Of a stretch of 64,000 bases of DNA, positions 1-13,012 are shown piece after piece; position 1 is the stretch's first letter; each line of letters opens with the position of its first letter. Under the pieces are notes generated by a model. It had not been told where the DNA came from, made no database searches, and was given only the letters and a program-made list of their open reading frames with translations. The DNA comes from Octopus vulgaris (taxonomy: Eukaryota), in assembly GCA_951406725.2 (NCBI GenBank), contig OX597815.1, forward strand, positions 147,560,001 through 147,624,000, given 5' to 3'. The translations under genes were made by a program, and so were the position numbers.

Positions 1-311
1 GCACTAGGAATGATCAAGAAGGGAACCGAAAATTATATGAGAATGATCCCTGGCTTACCATCCCTGCAAGAAGTGCAAAAGATTGTCTTAACTGGTACAT
101 CACACGTATTGAGAAGAGCATTGTCGATGTGAGAACTGTTGCTGCTCATGTATTTTAATTTTAATTTAACTTAAAAAAGAAAAAAAAAATGTACGAACTA
201 CTGAGTTTGGTTTAATGGCCAAGCCAATATACACTATGAGTTTCTTTGCCCTAGGAGTCGGGAAGACACTTGGCAAGAAATGGAAGAAAATTTGAAAGAA
301 GAAAAAAAAAA
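1..311 (+). mobile_element. 3' end of R4/Dong-like RLE-type non-LTR retrotransposon (ORF C-terminus 1-132 plus 3' UTR)
   Basis: Frame 1 reads ALGMIKKGTENYMRMIPGLPSLQEVQKIVLTGTSHVLRRALSM*. This matches the GALG...QKxVLLGTxxILRx C-terminus of RLE LINEs. The element ends in a (TAA)n tract. Confidence 0.75.
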
Positions 312-346
312 GTAATAATGATAATAATAATAATAATAATAATAAA

Positions 347-901
347 ATGCCATGATGGAGTTCTAGGCAGAGGCTCTTAGGCACCTAATCTTAACTGATT
401 GGAAGTGTTATCATGTACATCGTTTTGTCTTGGTATAAAAGATGGACTATAGCAAATATTCTGCTGAACACTACAGATTTACTTGTCAGTTGTTTGACCT
501 TAACCAGTTAAGCATGTCCCTTAGTGGCTGACGATATATGCATCTCTGATCTCGAGCGGAAGTAGTGGGGAATCATCATAGTCATGTTTTGAGAGGAATT
601 CTTTTGGGCATGGATAATTCACCTTTGGAAACATGGGTGTTTTGTTCAACATCCTTAGACAACAATTATTCAGGGACTATTTGTGAAGGATGGGCTACTT
701 GACCTGAAGAAAATTCTAATTGGTCCCCACTTGCAAGGTTATGTGCTGTTTATCTTGATGTTAGATCACCATGTCGCGCACATATGTTTGTGATGCATAT
801 GCCTAGTGCACTCTTATCAGACGGGTAGTCATTATGGTTATACTTGGTTTCGTATACTTTACCCCAGTGTCATTTTAATGGAATGCACTGCGCTCTCACT
901 C
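347..901 (+). mobile_element. ~550-bp non-coding interspersed element flanked by (TAA)n, copy 1
   Basis: The same sequence occurs inverted at 39520-40069 and 50894-51169. No credible ORF. Bounded by TAA arrays on both sides. Confidence 0.8.
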
Positions 902-960
<59 letters not shown>

Positions 961-1045
961 TAATAATAATAATAATAATAACAACAACAACAACAACAAC
1001 AACAATAACAACAATAATAATAACAATAACAATAACCACAACAGC

Positions 1046-1110
<65 letters not shown>

Positions 1111-1150
1111 CAATAACAACAATAAAAACAACAATAATAATAATAATAAC

Positions 1151-1208
<58 letters not shown>
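902..1208. repeat. Compound (AAT)n/(AAC)n microsatellite
   Basis: Seen directly; it explains the poly-N/poly-I/poly-L/poly-Y ORFs. Confidence 0.98.
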
Positions 1209-1209
<1 letters not shown>

Positions 1210-1211
<2 letters not shown>

Positions 1212-2416
1212 CGCTATAAACAAGAAGAATCCCCCGGATGTCTAAGACACCAGATCTCCCGGCAGAGACCCCTCAAAACCAAGTGCAAAATACTATTTGA
1301 CTTCTATCAACATATGGGCTGCTGCCGTAGTCCGCTATTGTGTCACCCATTCGGAAATGCACCCGAGAGGAGATTAACCAACACGATTACATTACCCGAA
1401 AAGCAATTCCAATGCATGGTGGCCTCCACACTAAACAGAACGTACACAGACTTTACATGGAGTGGTATAAATGTGGACGTTATCTGATTAGCGTTCGGGA
1501 GTGTATCAACAGCGAAGAAGAAACATTGCAGGGTATTTGCTAAATAGCAAACAATGCAGAATGATTTACTGGCTACGAACTTGAAAGTGCTAATGAATTC
1601 CGATTACGAATGGCTAACGAGAGAGAAGACACTCTACTCCGCATGGAATTATATAGTTCCATCGTGAAATTAACAACAGGAATAATCATGGAGGTGGTTG
1701 AACAAGTATGACCTAAAAATATATACTGAAATCTTAATCATCAGGATTAAGACATTAGATACCAACTCAGTGTAAAGGAATATATACCACACAAGTGTAA
1801 TAAACCTCTGCAGAATGTGTAGGAATGAGAGCCGAGAGCGTTACTCACATTGTTAGTGTTTGTGAAAATCTTTTCGCAAAGAGAGTAGCAGTGAAGACAC
1901 GACAAGGTAGCCCAAAACCTTCACTGGCTACTATACCAGAAGTATGGATACGACGTAACGGGTGCTTAGTTTCAACATGCACCAAAAAACTTAATGGACA
2001 CCAGGAGGAAGGCAAAGATCTTCTGAGACTTTCAGTTACAAACAGAGGAGGTGTTAGAGCACCGGAAGTTAGATATAGTAACGTTTAGGATGAAGAAAAA
2101 CCGACGTGGCAGAGCCAGGAGACCAACATATTATCCAGAAATAAAGATTGAGATCACCAAGATGGGACTGCTACCGGAGTAAAACATGGAGTTTGTTCCT
2201 ATTGTTATCGGAACATTGGGTTCAGTACCACCCAACCTTAAGAAACCTCTGGAAACTTAGAAACACCCTAAACTTAGAAAATTAGAAACACCCTAGGTGT
2301 ATTGCATAAAGTATTGGGTGTCTGAGGTTCTTGTTGTGACTTGATAGACATTGCAAATCTCTGGTAAACACAATATTTTCAATTAACAACAATATTGGAC
2401 ACTGTGCGACGTCTTC
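1210..2416 (+). pseudogene. Decayed, 5'-truncated R4/Dong-like LINE (RT thumb, CCHC, RLE)
   Basis: Fragmented motifs: INIWAAAVVRY; TRKAIPMHGGLHTKQNVHRLY...GRYLISVRECI; CRMC..AESVTHIVSVC; RHDKVA..LHW; VPIVIGTLG; LHKVLGV*. Many stops and frameshifts. Ends in caataataat. Confidence 0.85.
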
Positions 2417-2437
2417 AATAATAATGCTAATAATAAT

Positions 2438-2646
2438 CCTTTATACTAAAGGCACAAAACCTGAAATTTGGAGTAGGGGACTTGTCTATTACATAGAACC
2501 CTGTGTTTCACCAGTATTTATTTCATCGACCCCGAAATGATGAAAGGCAAAGTCGACCACGGCGGAATTTGAACTCAGAACGTAAGAGTAGACGAAATCC
2601 CGCTAAGCATGTTGCCTGGTGTGCTAACGATTGTTAGAGCGTTGCC

Positions 2647-2648
<2 letters not shown>
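2438..2648 (-). mobile_element. tRNA-derived SINE family A (type-2 tail)
   Basis: Minus strand has an A-box/B-box-like head (GAGTTCAAATTCC), the central TTTGCCTTTCATCxTTTCGGGGTCGAT motif and the tail TTGTGCCTTTAGTATAAAGGATTATTATT. Confidence 0.85.
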
Positions 2649-2700
<52 letters not shown>

Positions 2701-2759
2701 GTTAGCCATACTATGAAGAAATGTTAAGTAGATCTCCACTCAGGTGACAAAGCCATTGC

Positions 2760-4367
2760 GAAATTTTATATCAAGGAGACTTGTTAAAATTTGTGTTATA
2801 CTTAATCCCCTTCAGTTTAAATTTAAGAAAGGTAAAGCCAGGGTATCAATTTAGAGATAAGAAAGGAAATATTAGCAATTTGATCAATATGGATGAACTG
2901 AAACTTCATAGTAAGAATGAAAATGTGAGAGATACCTTCATACAATCTATAAAATTATTCAGCAAAAATATAGACATGTAATTTGTCATAGACAAGAGCG
3001 ATATATTAGATATGAAAATGGGACATGTATTCAGCAATGAATACAACCAATTACCATATGGGCAGACACTGAAATCACTGAAAGAATATGTGAGTTATAA
3101 GTATCTAGAAGTATTGGAATCGGGCAGAGTACTGATTATAGAAATGAAGTCGAAAATTTAGAAAGAGTACAATAGAAGTGTGAAGAAGCGAATGAAGTCA
3201 AAGCTAAATGGTCAGAATATGGTGAAGGCTGTAGATACTTGAACAGTATCGTTACTTAGATACGCAGCTGCTTTTGTGGATTGAGCAAAATCTAAACTAA
3301 CAAATTTAGACTTAAAATGAATGCAATATGATGGAGAATTTAAATCAAGAACGGGAGCAACAAGATTTTACTTACCAAGAAAGAAAGGCGGACGAGCGTT
3401 AATATCAGTAGAAGACTTCGTGGAGTTAGCAAGAGAAGACAAAGCCACGTAAGTAGGCGATAGTGAAGGAAGTGTAAGAGCTGCTAAAATAACAACAGGG
3501 CATAGTCATCGCAACAAACCAAAAGAAGTTAAGAGCCAGGAACAAAGAGAAGGAAGATTATCTGACTGGATAGAGTAGGCTTTGCATGGTGGATTCTCAA
3601 AGATAGTTTCAGAATATAGTAATAGTGAGAGGAAGGCTGAACGAGTGACAAAAAGTTTGTTTGTACAGCATAAGGAAAAGAATTGAAGACTAAATGGATA
3701 AAAGTTAGACAAAACCAGATGGATTCCCAATGTAGTTTATGTAAATCAAAAGACGAAAGTGTTAGTCATATAAGAAGTGAAAGTAGCACGCTAGCACAGA
3801 AAGAATACAAGAAAAGACATGACAACCTAGAGAGAATTATCCACTGGGATTCTGTAGAAAACTATGATTTGAACATACTGATAAATGATAGAAACAGGAA
3901 CCTAGTAAAGCGCTAGAAAGTAAGGAATATAAGATTTTATGGGGCTTTAATATTCAGACGTACGGGAATAGTAAGTGCTAGAAGGCCTCATTTGGTAGTA
4001 AGTAGATACAGAAAATAGAAAGTACAAGATAATTGACTTTACAGTCCCAAATAATGGAATAGTCAATTTGAGAGGAATAGAGAAAATGGCAAAGTATCAG
4101 GGCCCAGCCATTGAGTTACAGAGACTATGGGAAATGCATGCATGTAAAATGTATCCGTATAGTTATAGGTGCATTATCAATTATCCATAAAGAATTGAAG
4201 AGATAGATAGAGAATATAGGCATAAAACCTACTTTAGCGCAGCACCAGAAAATATTGTTACTAGCAACAGATAAGATACTTATGAGGCTTCTTGGCATCT
4301 AAGGTTACTTGATGTAGCCCGATGTTGGGATTTTTTCCCCACAATCTAATCTTTAATGCGGATATGA
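2760..4367 (+). pseudogene. Decayed R4/Dong-like LINE (RT, CCHC, RLE)
   Basis: Motifs LKFVLYLIPFS...ISNLINMDELKLHSKNE (FMDD-like), YKYLEV, RFYLPRKKGGRALISVED, CSLCKSKDESVSHIRSE...KKRHDNLERIIHW and VIGAL, interrupted by stops. Confidence 0.85.
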
Positions 4368-4589
4368 AATAATAACTATAAACCTTTAAAGTATCGACAT
4401 ATTCTTGAAAATCTCTACGAGAAGGGCTTCGTCGATTTCGTCAATCCCCGTGTTCATCTAGTAACTATTTCATCGACCAGACAGGATGAAAAGGCGAATT
4501 TGACCTTGACGGAATATGAACTGACAACGTAAAGCAATGCCTAAATAACAATAGCAACACCAACAAACAAAAACAATAATAATAATACT

Positions 4590-4645
<56 letters not shown>

Positions 4646-5476
4646 TATAATGAAAATAATGATAAAATAATAATAGTATTAGCAAAAATGATAATAATAA
4701 TAATGAACATTTTATTTATAAAAAAACATAGCACAAAGTTTTCGCGAGGCAAAGGAAAAAATATATTGTTAAAACATACATACAAGTAAATCCACATAAG
4801 ATGAATGTTAAGAAAAAGCAAATTATCAGGATGTTTTGTTTTGCCACTAACAAAGATTTGCAGACTTAATCCGTAAAGTTGTAGATAATTATAATAATAA
4901 CTTGCCCAGAGTATTATCTAATTCTTAGAACGGATATCCTCTACACAAAATATAAATGAATAATTAAATAAATAAATAAATAGCATATTCTGCTAGAGAG
5001 AAAAGTATGTTATGTTTACAGAAGCAACATGTCAAGATTTATGAATAACGTGGATGACAAGTCACATGCATATATTTGTCCAGGTATTACTCTAACTGAA
5101 AAAAGGGATCTTTTCGGTTTGAACGGCAGCTTTTAACATAATTTCTAGGTAACTAAAAAATTTTAAACTTCGTATACTGGTAGAATGTGTTTATAAAACA
5201 TATTTTTCTCTTGGCTTTATTGAGAAAATTCTATAATTTGTAATATAATTTTGTCTTTAATTTCTTCAATTTCTGCAATTTAAACCAAACATTGGCGTCT
5301 ATTGAGTTAAAAAGCATTCTGTGCCGTATGCATATGTCCCTCGTTTAAGAAACACATTGGGTTTATTTACATTTGTGAAGGAAAAAAGATACCCTTCCCC
5401 TACCCCTAACCCTAACTAACCCTAAATCTAAAATAGATTGGAATACAGATAATGAAAGAAGCTCGTCGTACACACA

Positions 5477-5556
<80 letters not shown>

Positions 5557-5559
5557 ATG

Positions 5560-5619
<60 letters not shown>

Positions 5620-5658
5620 CTCTGAACGAGGTGTAAATATATATATATATATATATAT

Positions 5659-6095
5659 GACGAGAAAACAACAAGAAGGTAACAGGTGACAAGAATTATT
5701 CGGGCAGTTAGAAGATACAATACAAGGACAGTAAAAAAACAAGGACGATCCTTCGGAGATCTCTATCCTCAGTCGAGTTCTAGATCGTTTTTGCAGTTTC
5801 AGCCGGATACACTCGAGACTGCGCCAATCTGGCGGCTCCAAGAAAATCTAAGCTAAGACGACTAGACTCCTTTGAAGAAAGCAAGCGAATGTATAAAAAA
5901 GGAGGAAATCAATGGGAAAATGGTACACAATTACAAATACAAACAACATGATATTAACAACATGTGTCTTCCGACTAAGGACGAATTCAAGTACGCTGAC
6001 GTGTGTGGAAGAGAAGCCTTACCGCAGGAATATAAGAGGTTAAAGTTATGGAAGGAATATAAGAGATGCTACATGGATGGTAGTTGAACCAATAA
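5659..6095 (-). mobile_element. Orphan PLE pseudo-LTR-like fragment between (TA)n tracts
   Basis: Shares ...GAACTCGACTGAGGATAGA..CTCCGAA...CGTCC.TGTTTT with 47160-47300 (opposite orientation). Contains an HHR-like CTGAGGA core. Confidence 0.5.
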
Positions 6096-6159
<64 letters not shown>

Positions 6160-6846
6160 ATGTGTGTGTGTGTGTGTGTGTTTTTGCGTGTATATATAGA
6201 GTTGGCCAAAAGTTACTCGATAGTAAATCAAAATTCTATAAATAACATTCAATTATATTCATTCATTCCCATTATGACTGTTTAATAATAAAATGCTGTG
6301 AGTTAGATTCACCGTTTTCTCAACATTTGTCTATTTTCCGTAACCTAGCAGTTCGGCAATTATCGGGCTTAATATCCTAAGTACAATGATTTATTCATTT
6401 GAGTAATATTCTTTAAGGCAGTGCGTCAGCATGGCCGAGGTATAAAATAAAAAAACAAGTAAAAGATACAAGATAAAATAAACCGAAACATTCACTATAA
6501 GCAAGGTTTTGTATTTTAACTAGATGAGAGCGAAATTAAGATTTAACATCTCGATCAAATTGGTATTTCTAATCAATAATTAATGTTTATACAAATATAT
6601 CTTTAAAATGGTGCGGCTTGAAAAAGATGGAAAAGTTGTCAATGCTAACTGAAACGCAATTGATAGTAACCGTATATGTGATTAAAATACATAAGCTGAA
6701 ACTCACATAAAAAAAAAAAATATTGGAGTGCCTTCGCCACCAAAAAGAATATATCAAGATATAGAACATAGTAGAAGGACGAATTACAGCCAAAATATCT
6801 TTTAACATTTTGTTGATTATAGTATATATAATGACAGCCTTCTGAA

Positions 6847-6892
<46 letters not shown>

Positions 6893-7097
6893 CCATACAT
6901 GTATGTGAGTGTGCGTGTATCGAATGCTCGAAATACGATACTAGAAAAACAGCCAAAAACTGATAAAGGGTCGTTCTTTATGTTTATTATGATTTCCATT
7001 TGTGTCTCGTTGTTTGAAAGAATAATTGCCGTTCCATAAACTCATGCTACGTACTCTTTTGTTATACACGTTTCATGAGGTCCTGTGGCGACATATG

Positions 7098-7172
<75 letters not shown>

Positions 7173-7262
7173 GTATAGATGTACGTACATATACGTATGT
7201 ATATATGCATATATATATATATTATCTATATTATAAATACACACACATATATATATATATAT

Positions 7263-7675
7263 TACTCTTTTACTCTTTTACTTGTTTCAGTCATTTGACT
7301 GCAGCCATGCTGGAGCACCGCCTTTAGTCGAGCAAATCGAACCCGGGACTTATTCTTTGTAAGCCCAGTACTTATTCTATCGGTCTTTTTGCCGATCCGC
7401 TAAGTGACGGGGACGTAGACACACCAGCATCGGTTGTCAAGCAATGCTAGACGGACAAACACAGACACACAAACATATACATACACATACATACATATAT
7501 ATACATATATACGACAGGCTTCTTTTAGTTTCCGTCTACCAAATCCACTCACAAGGCATTGGTCGGCCCGAGGCTATAGCAGAAGACACTTGCCCAAGAT
7601 GCCACGCAGTGGGACTGAACCCAGAACCATGTGGTTGGTAGGCAAGCTACTTACCACACAGCCACTCCTGCGCCT
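7263..7675 (-). mobile_element. tRNA-derived CORE-like SINE family B (Octopus OR-type), full length
   Basis: Head AGGCGCAGGAGTGGCTGTGTGGTAAG...GGGTTCAGTCCC; CORE-like CTTGGGCAAGTG; internal TA/TG microsatellite; tail GACTGAAACAAGTAAAAGAGTAAAAGAG. Many copies in the window. Confidence 0.9.
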
Positions 7676-7688
7676 ATATATGTATATA

Positions 7689-7721
<33 letters not shown>

Positions 7722-7756
7722 CAACATATATATATTCTTTTGTTTTATTCTTATAT

Positions 7757-7950
7757 TCTCTTACTTGTTTCAGTAATTTGACTGTGGCCATGCTGGATCA
7801 GCGCCTACAGTCGAACAAATAGATCCCAGAATTTATGCTTTGTAAGCCTAGTATATTCTGCCGGTCTCTTATATCGAATCTTTAAGTGACGGGAATGTAA
7901 ACGCCAACATCAGTTGTCAAACGATGGTGGGGGACAAACGGAGACACATA
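7757..7950 (-). mobile_element. SINE family B, 3' half
   Basis: Aligns by eye to 7270-7470. Confidence 0.8.
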
Positions 7951-7977
7951 AATACATACATAAGTATATATGTATGT

Positions 7978-8025
<48 letters not shown>

Positions 8026-8055
8026 ATGTATATATATACATACACACACACACAC

Positions 8056-8099
<44 letters not shown>

Positions 8100-8421
8100 A
8101 ATGGTGAATTTGGAACAATGTTGATTTCGCTGTTTGAAATGTAAAGAGAACTTTGATGAATAATACTAAGTTCCAAAAGTGAATCAAGAATTCTCTACAA
8201 AAAAAAGCCCGCTCTAAATAAACGAGAGTATAGCATGTAATCATGGAAAACATTAAAGTAAGAACAACTTGTGAGACATTTACTATTCCCAACAAACCAA
8301 ACTAACTTCGATGATACATTTAAAAGCAATTCCATGTAATGAAAAAACAAACAAACAACAAAGCAAACAAATAAACAGCAGAACAATAGCAACAAAAGGA
8401 AACAAAGAAGGATTAAAGTAA

Positions 8422-8491
<70 letters not shown>

Positions 8492-9431
8492 GATAAAACC
8501 AATTATAAGACGCATAATGTCTTCGAACACAAATGAAAAAATGTCTTAGAAGACAAACACAATATTAAAATTTAAGAAACGGTGGTTAAAATTTGCTGTG
8601 AATCAATAAAATAAATAACTGCAGTTTACAAAGAAAATTTAGAAACCAAAGTAATCAAGGAAAATGGTACAACAGACTCGCGTGGATATATAAAGAATAT
8701 GAAAAAAGAACAGAAATAGACGCTTCACTACTATCGATGATGAATATTCAGTTATTCTATAAAGTAAACTAATGAACATGATAAAGTAACGTGGATATGG
8801 CAGAGCATATTGCAGACAGGTGTAATTGCAGTTTAAGTCTGAAATACAGTAACCGTGTTATATTATGTGACAAGTTTAGATCTTTCAATTTCACTTAGTT
8901 TATCTCATTGGCTTCCACACAATATTCACAACGAATTCAAATTCTAAATATTGTTAGTGAGAAGAGAAGTTCTTAAACTCTTGGATGCAAAACATTGAAA
9001 TCATACATGCAAGCAACATTGTCAAATTGTGCATAAGTACTGGATAGATTCTAAGTTATTAGATTCTGATATAGAAACCAAGTGCTGTAGAAAATCCAGG
9101 CTCTGAATTTTCTAAACAAGCCGGAAGGAAATACATTCTTGATTGCCAGAATATAGTTACTTATAAATGTGTCATGAATACCTTCTTCTCTTTGTGATCT
9201 GAGATCAAATCTCCTTGAAATCAGTATTCCTAATGACTCTTAACCATAAGTTTTAACGCCATGGATTACTGGAAGCAATTTAGTGACCTGCAGTACCTCA
9301 CATCCCCAAAAAATGGTTTGTCTTTTTCCACAGAATAGGAATCAACATTATTATGAATAGAATAGACATCCCTATAAAAATCATTGTTTGGTAGTAAAAT
9401 AATATATTTTTTTTTACAAATGAATTCATAT

Positions 9432-9531
9432 TTTCGGGGTCGATAAACTAAGTAGTAGTTAAGCACTGAGGTCAATGTAATTAATCTAGCCCCTTCTCCA
9501 AACTTCCTGGCCTTGTGCCAGAATTTGAAAC
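9432..9531 (+). mobile_element. SINE family A 3' fragment
   Basis: TTTCGGGGTCGATAAACTAAGTA...GGCCTTGTGCC tail. Confidence 0.65.
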
Positions 9532-9539
9532 TAATATTG

Positions 9540-10180
9540 GTTTTAAAATTTTGGCACGAGGTCAACAGGTTAAAGGTGGGAAAATCGATTCCATCAGCAC
9601 TAGTGTTCAACTGGTAATTCTTTTATCGTCTAAACTCATGGGGAAAAGTAGTGTAATATGTGTAAAACAATGTATAGTAAATGAATATGAAGAATCAAAT
9701 GCGCACTGGAGAATGGTGGGAGGAGAGAACTCGGAAAATTCACATTGGGAATGTTCGGAGTCCTCTCACCACTTCCCCGTTCGTCGGCGCAACTTATTTT
9801 CTTCATATCTGTTTACTACATGTTGTTTTACACCTATTACACTATTTCCACCCCCTTTTTTGTGATCGGGTGTTAATGTTGAGTTTTCATATGGTGAGAG
9901 TTTGACGTGTAAATCTTTTGAGTCCTCTCCTCACTCCCTGTTCGCCAGCGCGCATTTTGTTTTTCATAATCGTTTACTACACATTATTTTACACCTATTA
10001 CACTATTTCCCCCCATATTTTTGCCCAGGTCTGAATCTGGATTTTAACCCTTTTATCTCGCCTGAAAGGATGAAAAGCAAAGTCGACCACGATGAATGTT
10101 GGACAAAGAACGTAAAGATGGACGAAATGTTACTAAGCATTTTGCCCCGCGTGGTACCGATTCCACCAGCTCACCACCTT
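9540..10180 (-). mobile_element. SINE family A split by an inverted-repeat insertion
   Basis: Tail half at 9540-9630 and head half at 10050-10180. Confidence 0.65.
9639..10016. mobile_element. MITE-like element with ~95-bp inverted repeats (one left arm, two right arms)
   Basis: 9639-9732 is the approximate reverse complement of both 9759-9857 and 9920-10016. Confidence 0.7.
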
Positions 10181-12083
10181 ATTCGAAACAAATATTAAAA
10201 CAGTTAACGAAGAATGAAATCACAAACGAATCAGTGGAAAAATTGAATTTTAAAATGCAGCTTGCAAATGGCGCATGAAAAAACCCGGGATATTAATTAA
10301 TCGTCGAAATTGCTGAAAATTGTGCGGACATATGCGACTTAGCTGCATGAATGGACAGTGATTACTATGAATTAGAAAAGATGGTGGAAGAAGTTTCGTC
10401 TCAGAAACTGCATGCAACTTGGTGCCTCGGCAGTTGGCACCCTATTCGAAGGAGAGTATCGTAGACATCTGCCTCTATTGGGAATGTTTGAATTCCGTGA
10501 ACACACATTGTTTCCAATCTGGTTATTGGTTACAAAAATCAGAAAAGCACTTGTAGGCCATGAAATGTTGTCACCTGTTTTTCAATGTCTAAAAAGTTCG
10601 ACTATCAATGAATGATACGGGAAATCATACTGAGAGCTTTTACAATGGTAAGTGACACGTTCCCTTTGATAGAGAAGAATATGGTTGTACTGTCTACAGT
10701 GAGTATTGCCTTATGTCACTAACAGAAGTTTAGAGAATACATGAAGTGTAACAGACCAAAGAATTCATGAAAGCGATCCAAATTAACCAAGAGAATGTGC
10801 AGCAATACATATTTAGTAACAAACCAGTCTGTCGGTCAATTGGGCTGATCACTGGTTTTGCCTCTACCGCACAATGGAGGGCAATCTTCCTGGACAAGAA
10901 GTGATAATAATGGCAGTGATGATGCAATGACGACAGTGCAACCGTAACATGTTTTAAAAGGGATTCAAGAGTTGTGATTAACAATGGCGCAAATGCATCT
11001 GTTCTGATAAAGAATATGTTAAGTAGTAACTCTATAGAAGAAAATGTGTTCTATCAACGTTTGTAATGTGAAAGGCCAATGTCAGGTAATGGAAGAACGC
11101 AAGCACATCTTCACGTCACTTTCGGTAGTAACTATATATCCTGAAATTGGAAAACTCCTGTCGTAATAAATTTCAAAATGTTTGGAGAAACAATCAATAC
11201 ACTTTACATAATATATACTATCAAAATATATTAATCTCAAATCTATAGAAGTGCAGCGAATATTTAAAGAACAATTGCAAAATTAAATACATTGTGAATT
11301 ACATCTCCTTTGAATTCCTTGCATATTACTACAAGGTTCTACACAAGTGAAGACTCTGCTATCCAGTGAGATTAAAGAGGCTAATAACAAGAGAGTATAG
11401 GATGCAAGATGGTAACTCATGTGTACTTTGATTAACATATGATAGATAACGTAAATATCATCGACATGAAAAGATACAAGAAAACAAATTTCATGGGAAA
11501 ATACAAAGGAGAAATGTATGGATTATGGATAGGATGGTGAGGATGAGATAAAGCAACAGAAGTATATCTTATTGGCAAATGGAACGCATGACATCAACAA
11601 CATCGATCATGCAATAATCGATTACAGAGATTAAATATGAGTATTTGATGTTCATTTTGATGTGTTCCCTCAAAAATCTAACATTAACAATTGTAACTTT
11701 CACGATGAAAGGTTTTCTATTTCCCTCACTTTTCGATTGATTACTCCAAATATTTCGAGCATACAGGGAAGTACTAAATATGAGGAAATACGTTAGAAAT
11801 ATATTCAATAAGAATGATTAGAAGTTTGTTAAGTCAACCCGGCCTATAACCTTATGGAGAATTTCATCTTCCTACCAACTCAATATGGTCGCCAATGTCG
11901 GAGAAAACAGATTCGGATGGAAACATATAAAAGGAGCTGAAAAAGAAGGATTAAAACAAAGCTGATGGCCAAAGAGAAATTTTAGATAGACAACCTCAAC
12001 AGATATGTGTGTACGTATATGTATATGTAAGTATGCATGCATATATATATAAATGTATATATATTTATATACATATAGATATG

Positions 12084-12119
<36 letters not shown>

Positions 12120-12482
12120 CATACCAACATTCACACCCACATGCACATACGCACAAACATAATCTAAAAGGTAAGCACATACGACAAAAATAAACGAATA
12201 TATTATATCGATCTGCAACCAATTGTGTTTGAGTGGTAGTACGCTAGGAAAAGTACCAGAATATAAAATGCAAAAACGGAAGAATTTCTAAGCTATAGAT
12301 ATATATAAAACAATAGTCACAAAAGAGAAAACAAAGACTAATAACATTTCTGAATGTGTCACCTCAAATATCATCTGCATCATATTTATATTTTTGCCAG
12401 ATAATGATACGCCAAAGGAATAATATTAGCAACTCAGAATATTTCCGCAATAGTATCACGGGAAGCAGGTATTTTCCAGAAG

Positions 12483-12640
12483 GTGCAGGTGGGTCTGTGC
12501 GGTAAGAAATTTGCTTTCCGGCACATTGTTCCTAGATCATATCCATTACATAGCAATTTGGGCAAGTGTGTTCTGCTATAGCCTCCGACAAACCAACACT
12601 TGCGAACGGATTTGGTAGAGAACTAGCGAAAGAAACGTGT
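12483..12640 (+). mobile_element. Degenerate SINE family B, 5' half
   Basis: GTGCAGGTGGGTCTGTGCGGTAAG...TTTGGGCAAGTG...GGATTTGGTAGA. Confidence 0.7.
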
Positions 12641-12684
12641 CATATATATATATATGTATATATGCATATATATATGTAAATATA

Positions 12685-12728
<44 letters not shown>

Positions 12729-12892
12729 TGTGTGTGTCTGTATATATTATATATATGTGTATGTATATATTATATATATATAAACATTCATATAGATATA
12801 TATATATATATATGTGCATATATATAAAAGTATATATATATATATATATATATATACATGCATGTGTATATATATGTGCATATATATAAAAG

Positions 12893-12925
<33 letters not shown>

Positions 12926-12974
12926 AAACAAGTCAAAAATAGAAAATGCTAAGATGATTTTATAGTGAATCTTT

Positions 12975-13012
12975 CAGTACCGGTTTCGGTCATTTTGAGA
13001 CCTTTTCAACTG
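12975..13012 (-). ncRNA. Minimal type I hammerhead ribozyme motif with U3-A8 core variant
   Basis: Minus strand reads CAG-TTGAAAA-GGTC-TCAAAAT-GACC-GAAA-CCGG-TA/CTG. Stem I is CAG/CTG, stem II is GGTC/GACC, and stem III is the palindrome ACCGGT. Confidence 0.75.

Noticed and set aside
370-415. 5S rRNA- or U2-derived head for the 550-bp element
   Set aside because: The resemblance (ATCTTAACTGATTGGAAG) is too short to support without a search.
806-1487. Poly-Asn/Ile/Leu/Tyr ORFs
   Set aside because: They are translations of AAT/AAC microsatellite. The same applies to the many [16 protein letters not shown] ORFs across the window.
8100-8330. Further PLE endonuclease C-terminal remnant (KKKPALNK)
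   Set aside because: Too degenerate to call.
10300-11150. Possible decayed coding sequence
   Set aside because: It is moderately complex sequence, but no motif could be recognised in any frame.
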